A DNA stretch of 64,000 nucleotides. Origin: Mustelus asterias. Lineage: Eukaryota. Positions 24,746-37,631 of the stretch are shown in pieces (the first letter of the stretch is position 1; every line of letters starts with the position of its first letter). The notes under the pieces are model-generated. The model ran no database searches and was not told the origin of the DNA. It saw only the letters and a list, made by a program, of their open reading frames with translations. The DNA lies in assembly GCF_964213995.1 (NCBI RefSeq), contig NC_135825.1, forward strand, positions 12,710,001 through 12,774,000, written 5' to 3'. The position numbers and the translations under genes are program-made.

Positions 24746-25555
24746 AGTACAGGAATGAGATAGAGAATCTGGTGAACTGGTGCGGTGACAATAATCTCTT
24801 CCTCAATGTCAACAAAATGAAGGAGATTGTCATCAACTTCAGGAAGCGAAGAAAAGAACATGCTCCTGTCTACATCAACGGGCAAGAAGTAGAAAGGGTC
24901 GAGAGCTTCATGTTTTTAGGTGTCCAAATCACCAACACCCTGTCCTGGTCCCCCCCATGCCGACACTATAGTTAAGGAAGCCCCACCAATGCCTCTACTT
25001 TCTCAGAAGGCGAAGGAAATTTGGCATGTCAGCTATGACCCTCACCAACTTTTACAGATGCACCATAGAAAGCATTCTTTCTGGTTGTATCACGACTTGG
25101 TATGGGCTCCTGCTCTGCCCAAGACCGCAAGGGACTACAAAAGATCGTGAATGTAGCCCAATCCATCACACAAACCAGCCTCCCATCCGTTGACTCTGTC
25201 TACACTTCCCGCTGCCTTGGCAGAGCAGCCAGCATAATTAAGGACCCCATGCACCCCAGACATTCTCTCTTCCACCTTCTTCCTTTGGGAAAAAGAAACA
25301 AGAGCCTGAGGTCACGTACCAATCGACTCAAGAACAGCTTCTTCCCTGCCGCTGTCAGACTTTTGAGTGGATCTACCTTGCATTAAGTTGATCTTTCTCT
25401 ACACCCTATCTATGACTGTAACACTAAATTCTGCACTGTCTCTGTTTCCTTCTCCATGTACGGTATGCTTTGTCGGTATAGCAGCAAGAAACAATACTTT
25501 CACTGTATACTAATACATGTGATAATAAATAAATCAAATCAAATCAAATCAAATT
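24746..25555 (+). mobile_element. Rex1/Babar-like LINE 3' fragment inserted just upstream of the relic TM exon
   Basis: WCGDNNLFLNVNKMKE...; GSCSAQDRKGLQKIV...; (AAATC)n tail. Confidence 0.85.
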
Positions 25556-25844
25556 GATTAGAGCTTCCAGTTTGTGGGCGTCATTCCGTTGTCTGCTCTG
25601 GCTGTTTGCACTGTTTCACTCACATGTAATGTGCATTTTGCAATAGGGCCAGTCTAGAGTCCAGAGCTTTGACGAAGGGTCATCCAGACTGGAGACGTTG
25701 GCTCTATTCTCTCTCCACAGATGCTGCCAGACCCACTGAGACTTTCCAGCATTTTCTGTTTTTGTTTCAGATTCCAGCATCCACAATATTTTGCTTTTAT
25801 TATAATATTTTAAATCTGATCTCTCTGATATTTGTAGACATATT

Positions 25845-26898
25845 GGGGGCGATTCCCCCAAAAAAAGTTCCAAGTGCTGAATTTGCGGGAAAACTGATGA
25901 AATTCATAATTGTGTTTTCACTGGGAGTTCACACTCGAATCTCCCACACTCTGTGCAATGCAGTGGTCACAATCCTGAATATCATTAAAAGCTCGGGGAG
26001 GGCGGGGCCGATTCACGCCAGAGTCTGACGGTTCCGGAACTCCGCGCGTGCGCAGTGGCCTCGATCTGTCAGCCTGCAGTTTGCTGTCCAACTCGATCGC
26101 TGGCCAGCCCGGGACCCTCGCAGAGCTGCCCCTCCAGTCCTCCCCCCACCCCACGGCCTGATCGTGGCCCCCATGAGAATTCCTGGGCCAGCCCTGACCT
26201 CCCCACATCCCGGAGCATCTCCCCCCATCATGCAATGACGATCCCCCCTCCCACCCCCCTCACGGGAGGCAGACCACCCCGGCAGACCCCCCCCCCCCCC
26301 CCCCCCAAAGCCTGCCACAATCGCTGGCCTCCCTCCAGTCTCGAACGATCCCAATGGCAGTGTGGCACCAATCACCCTAAGCCCCGCCCCCCCTAGGCCC
26401 TGCCCCTAGGCCCCACCCCCTTGGCACTGCCCAATGCCCGGTGGGCAGTGCCAAGGTGCCCCATGGGCATGGGCACTTTGTCCCTTGAGTGCCCAAGCCC
26501 AGGGGAGGCACCACCCCCCCCTCCCGCACAACCGATCCCTGGGGACCCCAATTCTCCACCCCTCAACTTCAGTAGGGTTGTCCCGTTCGTTTCTCAAAAG
26601 TGGGGAGCTACTCGAAACCCCGCCAGAGTGAAATTGTGCCTATGGGGTGGGAGATGCGATTGGGCCCGGGGATCTCAGTCCTGGGCCCGATAATGACATT
26701 CAAGTAACATAAAATAAGATTAATGTTACTTACCTGCTGGTCCCGCCGGTTTCCAGCGTGGTCCCGATCGGATATCCGGCACTGGGAGATGCGCATGCAT
26801 CAGGAACGCGTACGCGAATCCCACAAATCGGCGCACACGCGATTCTCCCGGCCCAACACACTAAAGAATTAGTGTGTCGGGATGGGAGAATTATCCTC
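25845..26898. mobile_element. Harbinger-type MITE
   Basis: TIR GGGGGCGATTCCCCC / GGGAGAATTATCCTC, 3-bp TSD ATT. Confidence 0.8.
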
Positions 26899-28029
26899 AT
26901 TACTTCAGTTCAAATACTTTAAAAGTTGCCCAAAAGCAGCAAATAATCCACAACAAAATACCTGCTACTCTTAGTGAATGAAGCAATGTCACCATCCCAT
27001 TGTTACAGTAATGGCTTTTTGGGTATCACAGAATCTCGACAGCCCAGGAGGCTTTTTGGCCTATGGGGTCTGCATCTTACCCGAGCCCTATCCCCATAAT
27101 TCCACATTTTTACCCCACTAATTCCCCTAACCTACGCATCTTGGGACACTAAGGAGCAATTTAGCACGGCCAATCCACTGAATCTGCATATCTTTGGAGT
27201 GTGGGAGGAAACCGGAGCACCCTGAGGAATCCAAGCAGACACAAGGAGAATGTGCAAACTCCACACAACCACCCAAGGCCAGAATCGAACCCAGGTCCCT
27301 GGCGCTGTGAGGTAGCAGCGCTAACCACTGCACCACCGTGCCGACCTTTTTAGAGGAAAGATAAAATGTGGTTTGGCCTGACGTTTCCAGTTTCGGATGG
27401 GAAATCGGACTGAGGAAAAGTCAAAATAGGCAGTTGGTACAAAATATTCACATGCATCTATCTCTCTGTTAATGACTGCTGACAGAAATTAACTGCCTGA
27501 AGTTATGACCTGAATTTTGCTGACCCCTGCTGGCAAGAATGGATGGTGTTGGCAATGGGATTGTGGGGGTAGTGACGTAGGAGTTTTTTTTGTGGGCAGG
27601 TCAGGTCTTGGGTAATGGGGTCGGATGAGTGCCCAATGCCATCCCACCATCAGGACTCTATGCCAGCTGTGGGAGCAGAAATGAGCAGTCTAATCGAGGA
27701 GTCAGGCAGCCAATTTATGTAGATAGAGGCCCTATGAAAGGTCATTTTACCCTGACCTCAGCACTTTGTCAAAAAGTGGAATACTTTATCCTACAAGGGG
27801 AAGTTGCCACCTCAATGGAGTTAACCTCACAGCAGCTGAGATTGAGGGAGGTTTTATACAGTGAATAGTGGAATACTGGAATTCAGCTCCTGTCGCCTCA
27901 ATTACTTCCCAATTTCCATCCTCGCGTGCTGGGGACACTCTTTTCCTTCCGATGATGGGACATCCTGTTCTTGATAAAATCCTGCCATATGTCAGTGCCT
28001 GACCCAGAATCAGACACGGGAGTGTCTCT

Positions 28030-28150
28030 CTCCATCTCTCGAAACCTCTTCACCTCTCTAACCCTCGTTTTTCCCTCTCTCTAAACCTCTTCACCTCTCT
28101 AACCCTCGTTTCTCCATCTCTCTAAACCTCTTCACCTTTCTAACACTTGT
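28030..28150. repeat. Pyrimidine-rich tandem repeat, ~42 bp x 3
   Basis: ctctctaaacctcttcacctctctaaccctcgttt unit. Confidence 0.8.
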
Positions 28151-28219
28151 TTCTCCTTTAAGACATTGTTTAAGGACTTGGGGGGGTGGTGCAGAGGAGG
28201 GGTGTGGAGGGTGGGGAGG

Positions 28220-29219
28220 AGGCATCTTACCAGAAATTGGCCACATGTCAGTTCCAATGGTAAAATTAGTGTGAAGCTCTCCAGCTCTACAAACTGGTTT
28301 TCCCTCCAGATTTTGTGCCTCTTAGTCTGAAGAGAAAGAGTGGGCAGGGTTTACGCCATCGCTCTGGCGAGGTGAGGACTCTGAGAGCCAGGAACTCACT
28401 CTACTGACATCAGGGCGTCATATTGAAAGGGCATCCCAATCGGAGCACAAAGCTTACTCCCACTTCCTCCCCCACAATCATCCCCAATCATCCCCATTCC
28501 CTCTCCACTGGCTCCCCTGTTCACCCACAATCACCAACCTCCCCCCCACCCCGCCCCCGGCCCCCCGCCAACACCGTTTCCCTTGCCCATCCCTGATGAT
28601 TCCCATTACCTCCCATGAACATCCCTGATCATCCCCATCATCCTGAGTGCCCTTTCCCCCACCCCCCCACCATAAACAGCAGAGTACCCACTCATGAGGC
28701 TCCCCCTAGAGCCCGCCCCTGGCACTGCCCCCGGCAAAGGTTGACACTGCCAGGTTCCTGGCAGTGCCAAACTGTGCCAGGCAGCAGTGCCTGGGCATGT
28801 CCCTATCCCCCAGAGGCTATACGGATCTTTGCATCCACCCCCTCCCCCACCCCGGATGGACCCCTACAACAGATTTGAGTTTGGATAAACTTGACGAGAT
28901 CCTCTGTGACATGCATCACGTCGATGAGGTATAACAATTTAGTGAGGGGCAGGGGGGGATAATTCGTTAAGGGGGGAGTGGTTAAATCCATTCAAATTGA
29001 TTAAAATCTATTAAAATCGGGTTCTCACTAATTATGGGCATGAACCTGATTACGTCACTGGCGGGGGGGAGGGGGGGGTGGGGGCGGTGGTGGGGGAAGG
29101 GGGGGTGGAAAATCAGAATCCCGATCTCACTGGCGAGGTTTGCAATTTCCGGTATTGGTTGGATTTTGAACCCTCCCCGGCGATCTCGTGCTCTGAGGGC
29201 GTGGCTCAAGATCCGGCCC
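28220..29219. mobile_element. Degenerate Harbinger-like MITE
   Basis: End motif aagatccggccc, ggcactgcc/ggcagtgcc internal blocks and C-rich body, as in the other MITEs. Confidence 0.45.
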
Positions 29220-30115
29220 TGAATGTTTGACCAAACATGTTGATGTGGCTCGGTGTCTGACTTGTTTACAATTAATTACTGCGGATGCTGGAACTCACTG
29301 CCACTTCTCTCCCAGGTCCAGCGTCCGCAGTAATTTGCTTTTATCCAGTGTTTAACTCACTGACACTTCTCTTCCAGGAATGCCTACCGTGAAGAGGTAC
29401 TGCTCTTCTCTCTGACAGGATTTATAAATATCTCCCACTTTCTACGCCTTTTAGCTTCGACAAAGGGTCGCCTGGACTCGAAACGTCAGCTCTTTTCTCT
29501 CCTTACAGATGCCGCCAAACCTGCTGAGATTTTCCAGCATTTTCTCTTTTAGTTACAATTAACACACATGAGAAGCACCAGGGGTTGCGTTGCTACACTA
29601 CAGGGGGTATATCGGTGCAAGGTGTCATTGTCACTGATTCATAATTGATCTGCGGGAATCAGGTAACATTTCAAGCGCAGAGATTGTCAAACTGCTCACA
29701 AACATCTCAAGCGTTCCCATTAATTCATCTTGGGGCCTCCCAAGTGGCAGAGTCTGTGCCAATCATACCAGGGGCCATAGGAATGAGTAGGAACTCCCAG
29801 CACACCAAAGAGAGAATCGGTCTAATGGCAAACCACTAACTAGGATCAACGATCCTGATAAAGGGCCGGTCATTTTAAACTGAGGTGCGTAGAAACTTCT
29901 TCTCGCAGAGTGTGGTGGATCTCTGGAATTCTCTGCCCCAAAGGGTGGTGGAGGCTGGATCATTAGAAGTATTTAAAGTGGAGGTGGATAAATATTTGAT
30001 AGATTGAGGAATTGAAGGCAACAGGGAAACGGCACAGAGAAGGAGTTGAGGCCGGCATAGATCAGCCATGATCATATTGAATGTTGGGGCAGGCTTGAAG
30101 GGCCTGGTCACCCAC

Positions 30116-30448
30116 TCATAGAAATCCTACAGTGCAGAAGGAGGCCATTCGGCCCATCGAGTCTGCACCGACCACAATCCCACCCAGACCCTACCCCCAC
30201 ATATTTACCCGCTAATCTCTCTAACCTACGCATCTTAGGATTCTAAGGGGCAATTTTTAACCTGGCCAATCAAACTAACCCGCACATCTTTGGACTGTGG
30301 GAGGAAACCGGAGCACCCGGAGGAAACCCACGCAGACACGAGGAGAATGTGCAAACTCCACACAGACAGTGACCCGAGCCGGGAATCGAACCCGGGACCC
30401 TGGAGCTGTGAAGCAGCAGTGCTAACCACTGCGCTACCGTGCCGCCCC
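30116..30448 (-). mobile_element. HE1 SINE. Other HE1 copies: ~4125-4390+, 20400-20670+, 24260-24425-, 27030-27345-, 31780-32085-, 34133-34320+, 34718-34905-, 37937-38260+, 44855-45180-, 49185-49460+, 49535-49817-, 51988-52135-, 56918-57275+, 59767-60090+, 60565-60890+
   Basis: Consensus matches. Confidence 0.9.
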
Positions 30449-30649
30449 TGCTGCTTCTATTTCTTGTGATCTTGTGATGGTCCAAGCTTAGAATGATTTT
30501 TAAAATCTAAAATGAGTGTCCACATTCAAAGCCAACTCTGAAATTGGGGGTGGGAGGGAGCGCAAACAATGTTCCTGGATCAGACACGGTGTGTTGCTGC
30601 ATTGTACAGCCGGGTACCTATGATGTGCCCCAGTGCCATGGACACCACA

Positions 30650-30990
30650 TGCATTTCCGCTACCTCGGAAAAACAGCCAGCAAAATCAAGAACCCCATGC
30701 ACCCCAGACATTCTCTCTTCCACCTTCTTCCATCAGGAAAAAGATACAGAAGTCTGAGGTCACGTACCAACCGACTCAAGAACATCTTCCCTGCTGCCAT
30801 CAGACGTTTGGATGGACCTACCTCACACTAAGTTTATCTTTCTCTACACCCTATCTAGGACTGTAACACTACATTCTGCACTCTCTCCTTTCCTTCTCTA
30901 TGTATGGCATGCTTTGTCTGTATAGTGCGCAAGAAACAATACTTTTCACTGTATACTAATGCATGTGACAATAAATAAATCAAATCAAAG
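30650..30990 (+). mobile_element. Rex1/Babar-like LINE 3' fragment (also 32706-33075 minus)
   Basis: KNPMHPRHSLFHLLPSGKRYRSLRSRTNRLKN peptide and tail. Confidence 0.8.
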
Positions 30991-33900
30991 AAAGCTCCCC
31001 TTACTTCAGGAAAGTTGAACAATATTACAGAGATGTGTATATGTTGGGGGCATGCCCCTTTAAGAGAATGGGTCAGGTGACCCAGGACACCAGCACTTGG
31101 GTGGACATTGCCAAGCCAGTCTTGTACCAGAAACCAACATGTTGATAAACAGTTCCAGTTAGTTTACTCCCACTTACCTCATGGTCTCTTATTAACCCAT
31201 TGGTAGACCACATATATAATAACTGGCAACGAGAATGGGATATGTTAGAGGTTATGGCGGGTGAATTTCACCATTTAGGCCAGAATATGCCCACACAACC
31301 TGCCAATATCTCTTGAAGTGAAACATTTTTGAAAGAAGGTCAATCAATTCATATTCAACAGTTCATTTGCTTAAATTAATTTCTTATTCATTTTCCAGGC
31401 CAACAGATGATGGATTAGATGGAAACATTGGCCAAAAACACATTTGAAGATTGGTCAGAAGATTGAATAAACCCTACATGAACATTCAGAATATTTCCAT
31501 TTGCTTTTTAGAAGTTACTTTCCTACGTTTCACTTTATTACAATTTGAAATGCTTTGCAAAGTTCGTAGAAATTGTGTGAACTGCATATTTTATAAAAGA
31601 ATGGGATGATAAATTTCTTTAATGTTGTTTATATTAAGGAGCAGTTTTTTTTGCAATGGTCATAAAGGATGGGACTCATGAAGGTAATCAGCTCCTCATT
31701 TTCAAGAACCAGTTGTAACTAGTTCAAAAAAATCACATTATGACACTGAAATATAAGCAAAGTAATCGGAGGAATTTTTCATAGAATCCTACAGTGTAGA
31801 AGGAGGCCATTCAGCCCATCGAGTCTGCACTGACCACAATCCCACCCAGGCCCCATCCCTGTAATCCCATGTATTTACCCTAGCTAGTCCCCCTGAGATG
31901 CAATTTAGCATGGCCAATCCACCTAAACCGCACACCTTTGGACTGTGGGAGCAAACCGGAGCACCCAGAGGAAACTCACGCAGACAATGTGCAAACTCCA
32001 CACAGTCACCTGAGGCTGGAATTGAACTCAGGCCCCTGGCGCTGTGAGGCAGCAGTGCTAACCACTGTGCCACCGTGCTGCCCCCATTTTCAGACAGGTG
32101 GGGGTTAAATCCACTAAAAGGTCGTGGAAGGTCAGCATTCCGCCATCATCTGGCCAACGTCCTGTGCAGGTTAGATGGTGAACAGGAAAACCCTCGGGCT
32201 GCTGTCAGATATGTCAGTTGAGTATTCAAATGGGCAAATTAATTGTTTGTTTTCATCAAGGATTCCAGGTTTAACAAACAGCAAGCTTATTTCCCAAAGC
32301 TCACACAGACTTCTAGTGTGAGCAGGGTGAGCACGCAGTGCTTCTTTGCTGAAACTGACAAACCGGGAAGCCTTTAACAGTAAAATTGGAGCTCTCTGAC
32401 CATGACAAGGTAAGAGGCTGCTGTTCACAACATGTCTTCGCTGGCACTGCTGTTGCCGTTTAGCAAATGGTTGCCAACTTCTTCGAAGTCATTTCACCCA
32501 TCCAGCACTTCACTCACCTCCAGACGTCATCAGCCTCCATCTCCGATGAAGGGCAAGGGAAGCCACAACATCAAGCTGACACCAGCCATGAGCTGCCTTC
32601 TCCTCAACCACCCAACAGTGCATAAGGCAGAAAGATGCACACAGAGATCCAGCTTCAAGGAGTAGAGAGCCCCACACAGGATCCACATGCGGAGAGTCAG
32701 CTTCTTGATTTGATTTGATTTATTATTGTCACATGTATTAACATACAATGAAAAGTATTGTTTACTGCTCGCTGTACAGGCAAAGCATACCATTCATGGA
32801 GAAGGAAACAAGACAGTGCAGAATGTAGTGTTACAGTCATAGCTAGGGTGTAGAGAAAAATCAACTTAATGCGAGGTAGGTCCATTCAAAAGTCTGACGG
32901 CAGCAGGGAAGAAGCTGTTTTTGAGTCGGTTGGTACGTGACCTCAGACTTTTTCTTTTCCTGATAGAAGAAGATGGAAGAGGGAATTCTAGGATGCGTGG
33001 GGTCCTTAATTTTGCTGGCTGCTTTGCCAAGGCAGCGGGAAGTGTAGACAGAGTCAATGGATGAGAGGCTGGTTCTCTGACAAGTGTGAGCAGCAGTGTC
33101 TCAAGTGGTTGTTGGCAAGTTGTCGCTCACATCTGCAGCCGACTGGAACAATACCTTCTTCATAGTGGGCCAAGAGGACTGTATTCCAGTGACCATAAAG
33201 GTGGCTGTCATTAAAGGGCAGACCCACCCTCGCCCACCCACCCAGAGGTTCTGTGCTTCCTTCCCCTGCAATGAGAGAACTTAGAGAGTTGTGAATGTTA
33301 TAAATGGTACAATAGGAGGGAAGGACACAAACTCATAGAGAGTGACAGTGAAGCCTGGGTGAAAGATGTCAATAGGCGTGTGAGTGTGAACTGTTGGCTG
33401 TTCTGATGGGATTGTGAGGTGCCTGGAGAAAGAGAGAGAGAGCAAATAATTGGGGCTGCAAAGGGTGTGACCCTAAGGATGGGCCGAATGGCCTGTGCAG
33501 GAGAATGTTGTAAAGCTCAGCATGTGGGACTTGACACTTGAAAATGATATGCTACTCGCCTTTCCAGCCCTCCTGAGTACCTGGATCTTGGTGCACTGTC
33601 TCGAGGCTGGAAGGACCACCCTGTTCTGGCTGACCTCCTTGGTTACTGCTGTCAATGCCTATTTGATTGTCCTCTTCCTCCCATTCTTGTGAGTTCTCAC
33701 CTTACTGCAGTTCCCTCAACTCTGTCAGCAACAGTGGCAGGCAACAATGAGGGAAACAGAGGGGAGGGAGATATTGGTGGAATATCTTCCCAGGTCTCTT
33801 CCCCAGTCCTTTGTTTGCTGCAGCCCCTCGATTCAGTTCAGCTATTCTGACCGCTGTTGTAGTCCTCTTAATTAAAATTCTTTTGACAGATTCAACGGGT

Positions 33901-34317
33901 CATCCCGCACAGTCTTGCTGATTGGTCAGGGAACCAGGAGGTGGGTTGCTAATGCCGTGTCTCAGTTAAGGAGCTCCCTGCGCTGTCAGTGAGTTCCCAG
34001 CCTGATAATGGTTCCATCAGTTCAGAAAAGATCAACATTTGAAAATTCGACTCATAACAGCTCGAAAAATTACTCATGTTAACTCCAAAACCGATCGTCT
34101 TAAGATTCTGCATCTCAGGTAATCAAGCACACAGCGGTAGCACAGTGGTTAGCACTGCTGCTTCACAGCTCCAGGGACCCGGGTTCGATTCCCGGCTCGG
34201 GTCACTGTCTGTGTGGAGTTTGCACATTCTCCTCGTGTCTGCGTGGGTTTCCTCCGGGTGCTCCGGTTTCCTCCCACAGTCCAAAGATGTGCGGGTTAGG
34301 TTGATTGGCGGGTTAGG

Positions 34318-35993
34318 TTTTATACAGCCCGCTGCTCCTTCCCTATTGGGCGAGCCTCTATTCAGCTAATCGGGGAGCTCATACTCAACGAGGTCACGGG
34401 GAGATCTATTGATGATACCCTGTGCCCATCACAACACCCCTCCCCCATTGAGTATGTTTCTCCCCCTCACACCCACGCCATGAGGGTAGGGGTCTTCACC
34501 ACCACATACCAATCGGCTTTGGGTCAGCTGGAGACAGGACTGGATCAGGGCGTGTGTAGCCGATGGGAGAACTTCGCTGAAGAAAGAAAGCACTGCAAAG
34601 CCACTTGCTTTGCCTCTTCTTAAGGGCTCGTGTCAGTGGGGGTGCCAGTCCTTCCAACTCTATGTCGGAGTCTATATCTCCATCACCGGAGGAGCTACAC
34701 GGTCTGGCCAAGTCGGTAATCATAGAAACCCTACAGTGCAGAAGGAGGCCATTCGGCCCATCGAGTCTGCACCGACCACAATCCCACCCAGGCCCTATCC
34801 CCACATATTTACCCACTAATCCCTCTAACCTACGCATCCCAGGACTCTAAGGGGCAATTTTTTTTTAACCTGGCCAATCAACCTAACCCGCACATCTTTG
34901 GACTGTGTCTGTGTAGTGTCTGTATCAAGACAGGGCCACCCTACGTAGCTCCTGGCTAGCATTTTCATCTTTGAATCCCAGGGTGGTTGTGGTGTCATTC
35001 CATAAGTATCGGACATCGCCCTGGGTGAGGGACAACTACACAGGAACCCCCGGGATGATGCCATCCTCAACACTGAGCTTATCTTTCTTCACCCAATAGA
35101 GTTTCAGATCATCTGAGGCCTGTCCTCTGAGTCCCCTTCACAAAGTGATGTTTTTTTAATTTTGACAGGACTGGGGCCTTTTCCGTCCAGCCCTTGATGC
35201 GTTTCGCAGGCACTGGCAAGATGTCCAAAATATTGAGGATCATCACGATCTCTTCCACAGCTGTGGTGAAGCCAGACATCCGGGCAATGACAGAGAGTTC
35301 AGTGCATCAGAGTTAGCTTCCCGAGTCCCGGGAAGGTGCTCTAGGAGGTGTTCAGAAGCTGCCAGTAACAAGGCCCAAAGCTGTATCTGGGAGGAGGCAA
35401 TGGGGGTATTGCCTTGCCTTCTTTAAAAAGTCCCAGTTCTGGTTTATGATCAGTCCCTATTAAAATATGTCTACCATAGACGTATTGATGAAAGTGTTTA
35501 ACATCGAAGACCACTGCCAATCCCTCTTTCTCAATCTGTGAATAGCTCCGCTAATCGTCCGAGAGAATCCCAGGTACGTATGCAACTAGCTTCTCTGCCT
35601 CAAATCTCCAGCGATGAGCCAGCACTGCCCCAATCCCATAAGGGGAGGCATCACATGTCAAGACAAGGTCCTTTATGGGGCAAAATGCGTCAGTAAGTTA
35701 GAGGACAAAAGTTGCTGTTTAACTCTGCTGAAAGGCTCCAGCTGTGGCCTCCCCTCAAGGCCACCTTTGATATTTCCGTAGTAGGGCATCCAGGAGGTCA
35801 GCGGAGAAGCGAAATTGGGGATAAACTTCCCGTAACAATTCACTAACCCCAGGAAGGGTTTCAGTTTCATGGGATTCCTTGGAGTTGGTGCCTCCTTAAT
35901 GGCCCTCACCTTGTTTTCCACCGGATGAAGGCCCCTGCCGTCCACCCAATAGCCCAGATAGTTATTCCTGTATTCCCCTTGGTTCCCAACTGT
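34318..35993 (-). mobile_element. Old Gypsy relic with LTR-like piece and RT/RNase H fragments
   Basis: GLHPVENKVRAIKEAPTPRNPMKLKPFLGLVNCYGKFIPN peptide. Partly duplicated at 51905-51985 and 52245-52400. Confidence 0.7.
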
Positions 35994-36969
35994 GGGGGCG
36001 ATACTCCCAAAAGTGCTGATTTCGCGGGAAAACTGTTCTAGATCCTGACTGTCTTCTCAGTTCAACGTCACACTCGAACCTCCCCACTCTGTGCACTGCA
36101 GAGGTCCCAATCGCGATTCTCATTAAAATCCCATTGGGGCGGGGCCTATTCACGCCAGAGTTGGACAGTTCTGGAACTCTGCGGCTGCGCAGTGGCCCCG
36201 ATCTGTCAGTCTCCCCGTTTGCTGGCCAGCAGTGGCAATCCCCCAACCCTCCCCTCACCCCGGCAGGCCCCTCCCCGGCTGACCTCCCCGGGGGTCCGAC
36301 ACCCCCCGGGAGGCAGGCCGGCCCCGGCAGACCATCCATCCCAGCCTGCCCCAATCACTGCCCTCCCTCCATCCCAGACCGATCGCCATGCAGAGTGGCA
36401 GCGGGACCCCCCACCCCCACCGATCACCCCTAGGCCATGCCCACAATAGGCCCCATCCCTTGGCACTGCCCGATGCCCAGTGGGCAGCGCCAAGGCACCC
36501 CGTGGGCATGGGCACTTTGCCCCTTGGGCAGTGCCAGGGGGCACCGGCTGGTACTGCCAGGATGCCCATGCCCAGGGGCACCACCCACCCCCCCCCCCCC
36601 CGCTGCCCAACCCCTTGGGGGTTCCCGATTGCCCCCCTTCATCCCGGCAGGGTCTCCCCAAATGTGGGGAGCTTCTCCAAACCCTGCCGGAATGAAATAC
36701 TCCTGGCGGAGTGGGAGATTCAATCGGGACTGGCAAGTTCCCGATAATTACATATAAAATACATTTAAAATTCATTTTAAAAAGATTCAAATCACTTACT
36801 TGTCTTCCCGTCGGGTTCCAGCGTGGTCTGGTCTCCGACTCTTCTCCGGCTCTGGGAGATGTGCATGTGTTCCCGGCGCATGCGCAAATCCCAGAACAAG
36901 GCCGGCGACGCGTATCTCCCACCCCGACCCGCCAGAAAGGTTAAGGGTCAGGATGGGGGAATCGCCCCC
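35994..36969. mobile_element. Harbinger-type MITE upstream of gene C
   Basis: TIR GGGGGCGATACTCCC / GGGGGAATCGCCCCC, TSD TGT. The empty site (cagcTGTattttcc) is present in the paralog at ~52398. Confidence 0.9.
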
Positions 36970-37429
36970 TGTATTTTCCACCTGACACCTGTCATAGACA
37001 CACTTTGTCTTCCTTATCTCAATATTACCAAAATTTCGATCTCATCTTCTAAATAATCTTCACAGATCACGAGGAGTTTCTTCTGGGAGATGAGGTGGTG
37101 ATGGACAGTGATTCAGGGACAATTTTGATTGGACGGTTATTTTCTTGCTAATGAAAAAAACCTCCTTAGTTTCCATGTTTCCGTTGTCATGGTGATTGAT
37201 GAAAATAGAAGTTTTGGTCATTGTGTGAGTAAGCCTGTAGAAGTGTTAATGTGTAAGGAGAGAATAAAATTGGATTGCACGGGAACACCGGGATGGCCCA
37301 GTCCTGCTGAACGTCCACGGACTTTCTCCTGGCCCTCCACATCCCCCCGGGGGCAGGACCCAGCACGGCGGGACTGGAAAACAACCCAAGTGGAGTTGAG
37401 GAGCATGGATGCAGATTCTGCAGTTGGCC

Positions 37430-37591
37430 TCTAACCACATCTACATTGTTCAAGAGGAACTGGCCGATGTGACAGAAATATAAAGAAGGAAATGACATAC
37501 ACAACTGAGGAAACTACTCGGTTGAAAGATAGCACGGCTGAAGTACAATATCTGGACAGAGAGAATTCACCCGCCAGAAACACTCAGAACA
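37430..37591 (+). promoter_or_regulatory. Putative gene C promoter with RUNX (AACCACA 37433), PU.1/ETS (AAGAGGAA 37452; GGAA 37488, 37509), TATA-like (TATAAA 37479) and GATA motifs
   Basis: Motif cluster ~110-160 bp upstream of the ATG, retained in the duplicate at ~59260-59420. Confidence 0.5.
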
Positions 37592-37631
37592 ATGGAATTA
37601 ATTGCTCTCTTGATTCTAATATCTGTATCAA
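37592..37631 (+). CDS. Gene C exon 1, signal peptide (MELIALLILISVS)
   Basis: Kozak acaATGG, hydrophobic leader, A|gtaagt donor in phase 1 matching the IgV exon. Confidence 0.85.

Larger units (their letters stand above)
24550..31700 (+). pseudogene. Relic B: degenerate CD300/pIgR-like paralog retaining TM exon remnant (~25560-25655) and terminal exon (31399-~31670)
   Basis: ttgtgggcgtcattccgttgtctgctct...ctgtttgcactgtttcactcacatgt aligns to the gene C TM exon with a ~10-nt deletion. Intron flanks 24570-24745, 25801-25844, 26900-26940, 30500-30640 and 31240-31400 align to 46200-48850. The terminal exon ttttccag|GCCAACAGATGATGGATTAG parallels 48849. Confidence 0.75.

Noticed and set aside
33495-33692. 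Hydrophobic ORF as a membrane protein exon
   Set aside because: No motifs or splice support; the region looks like decayed repeat sequence.
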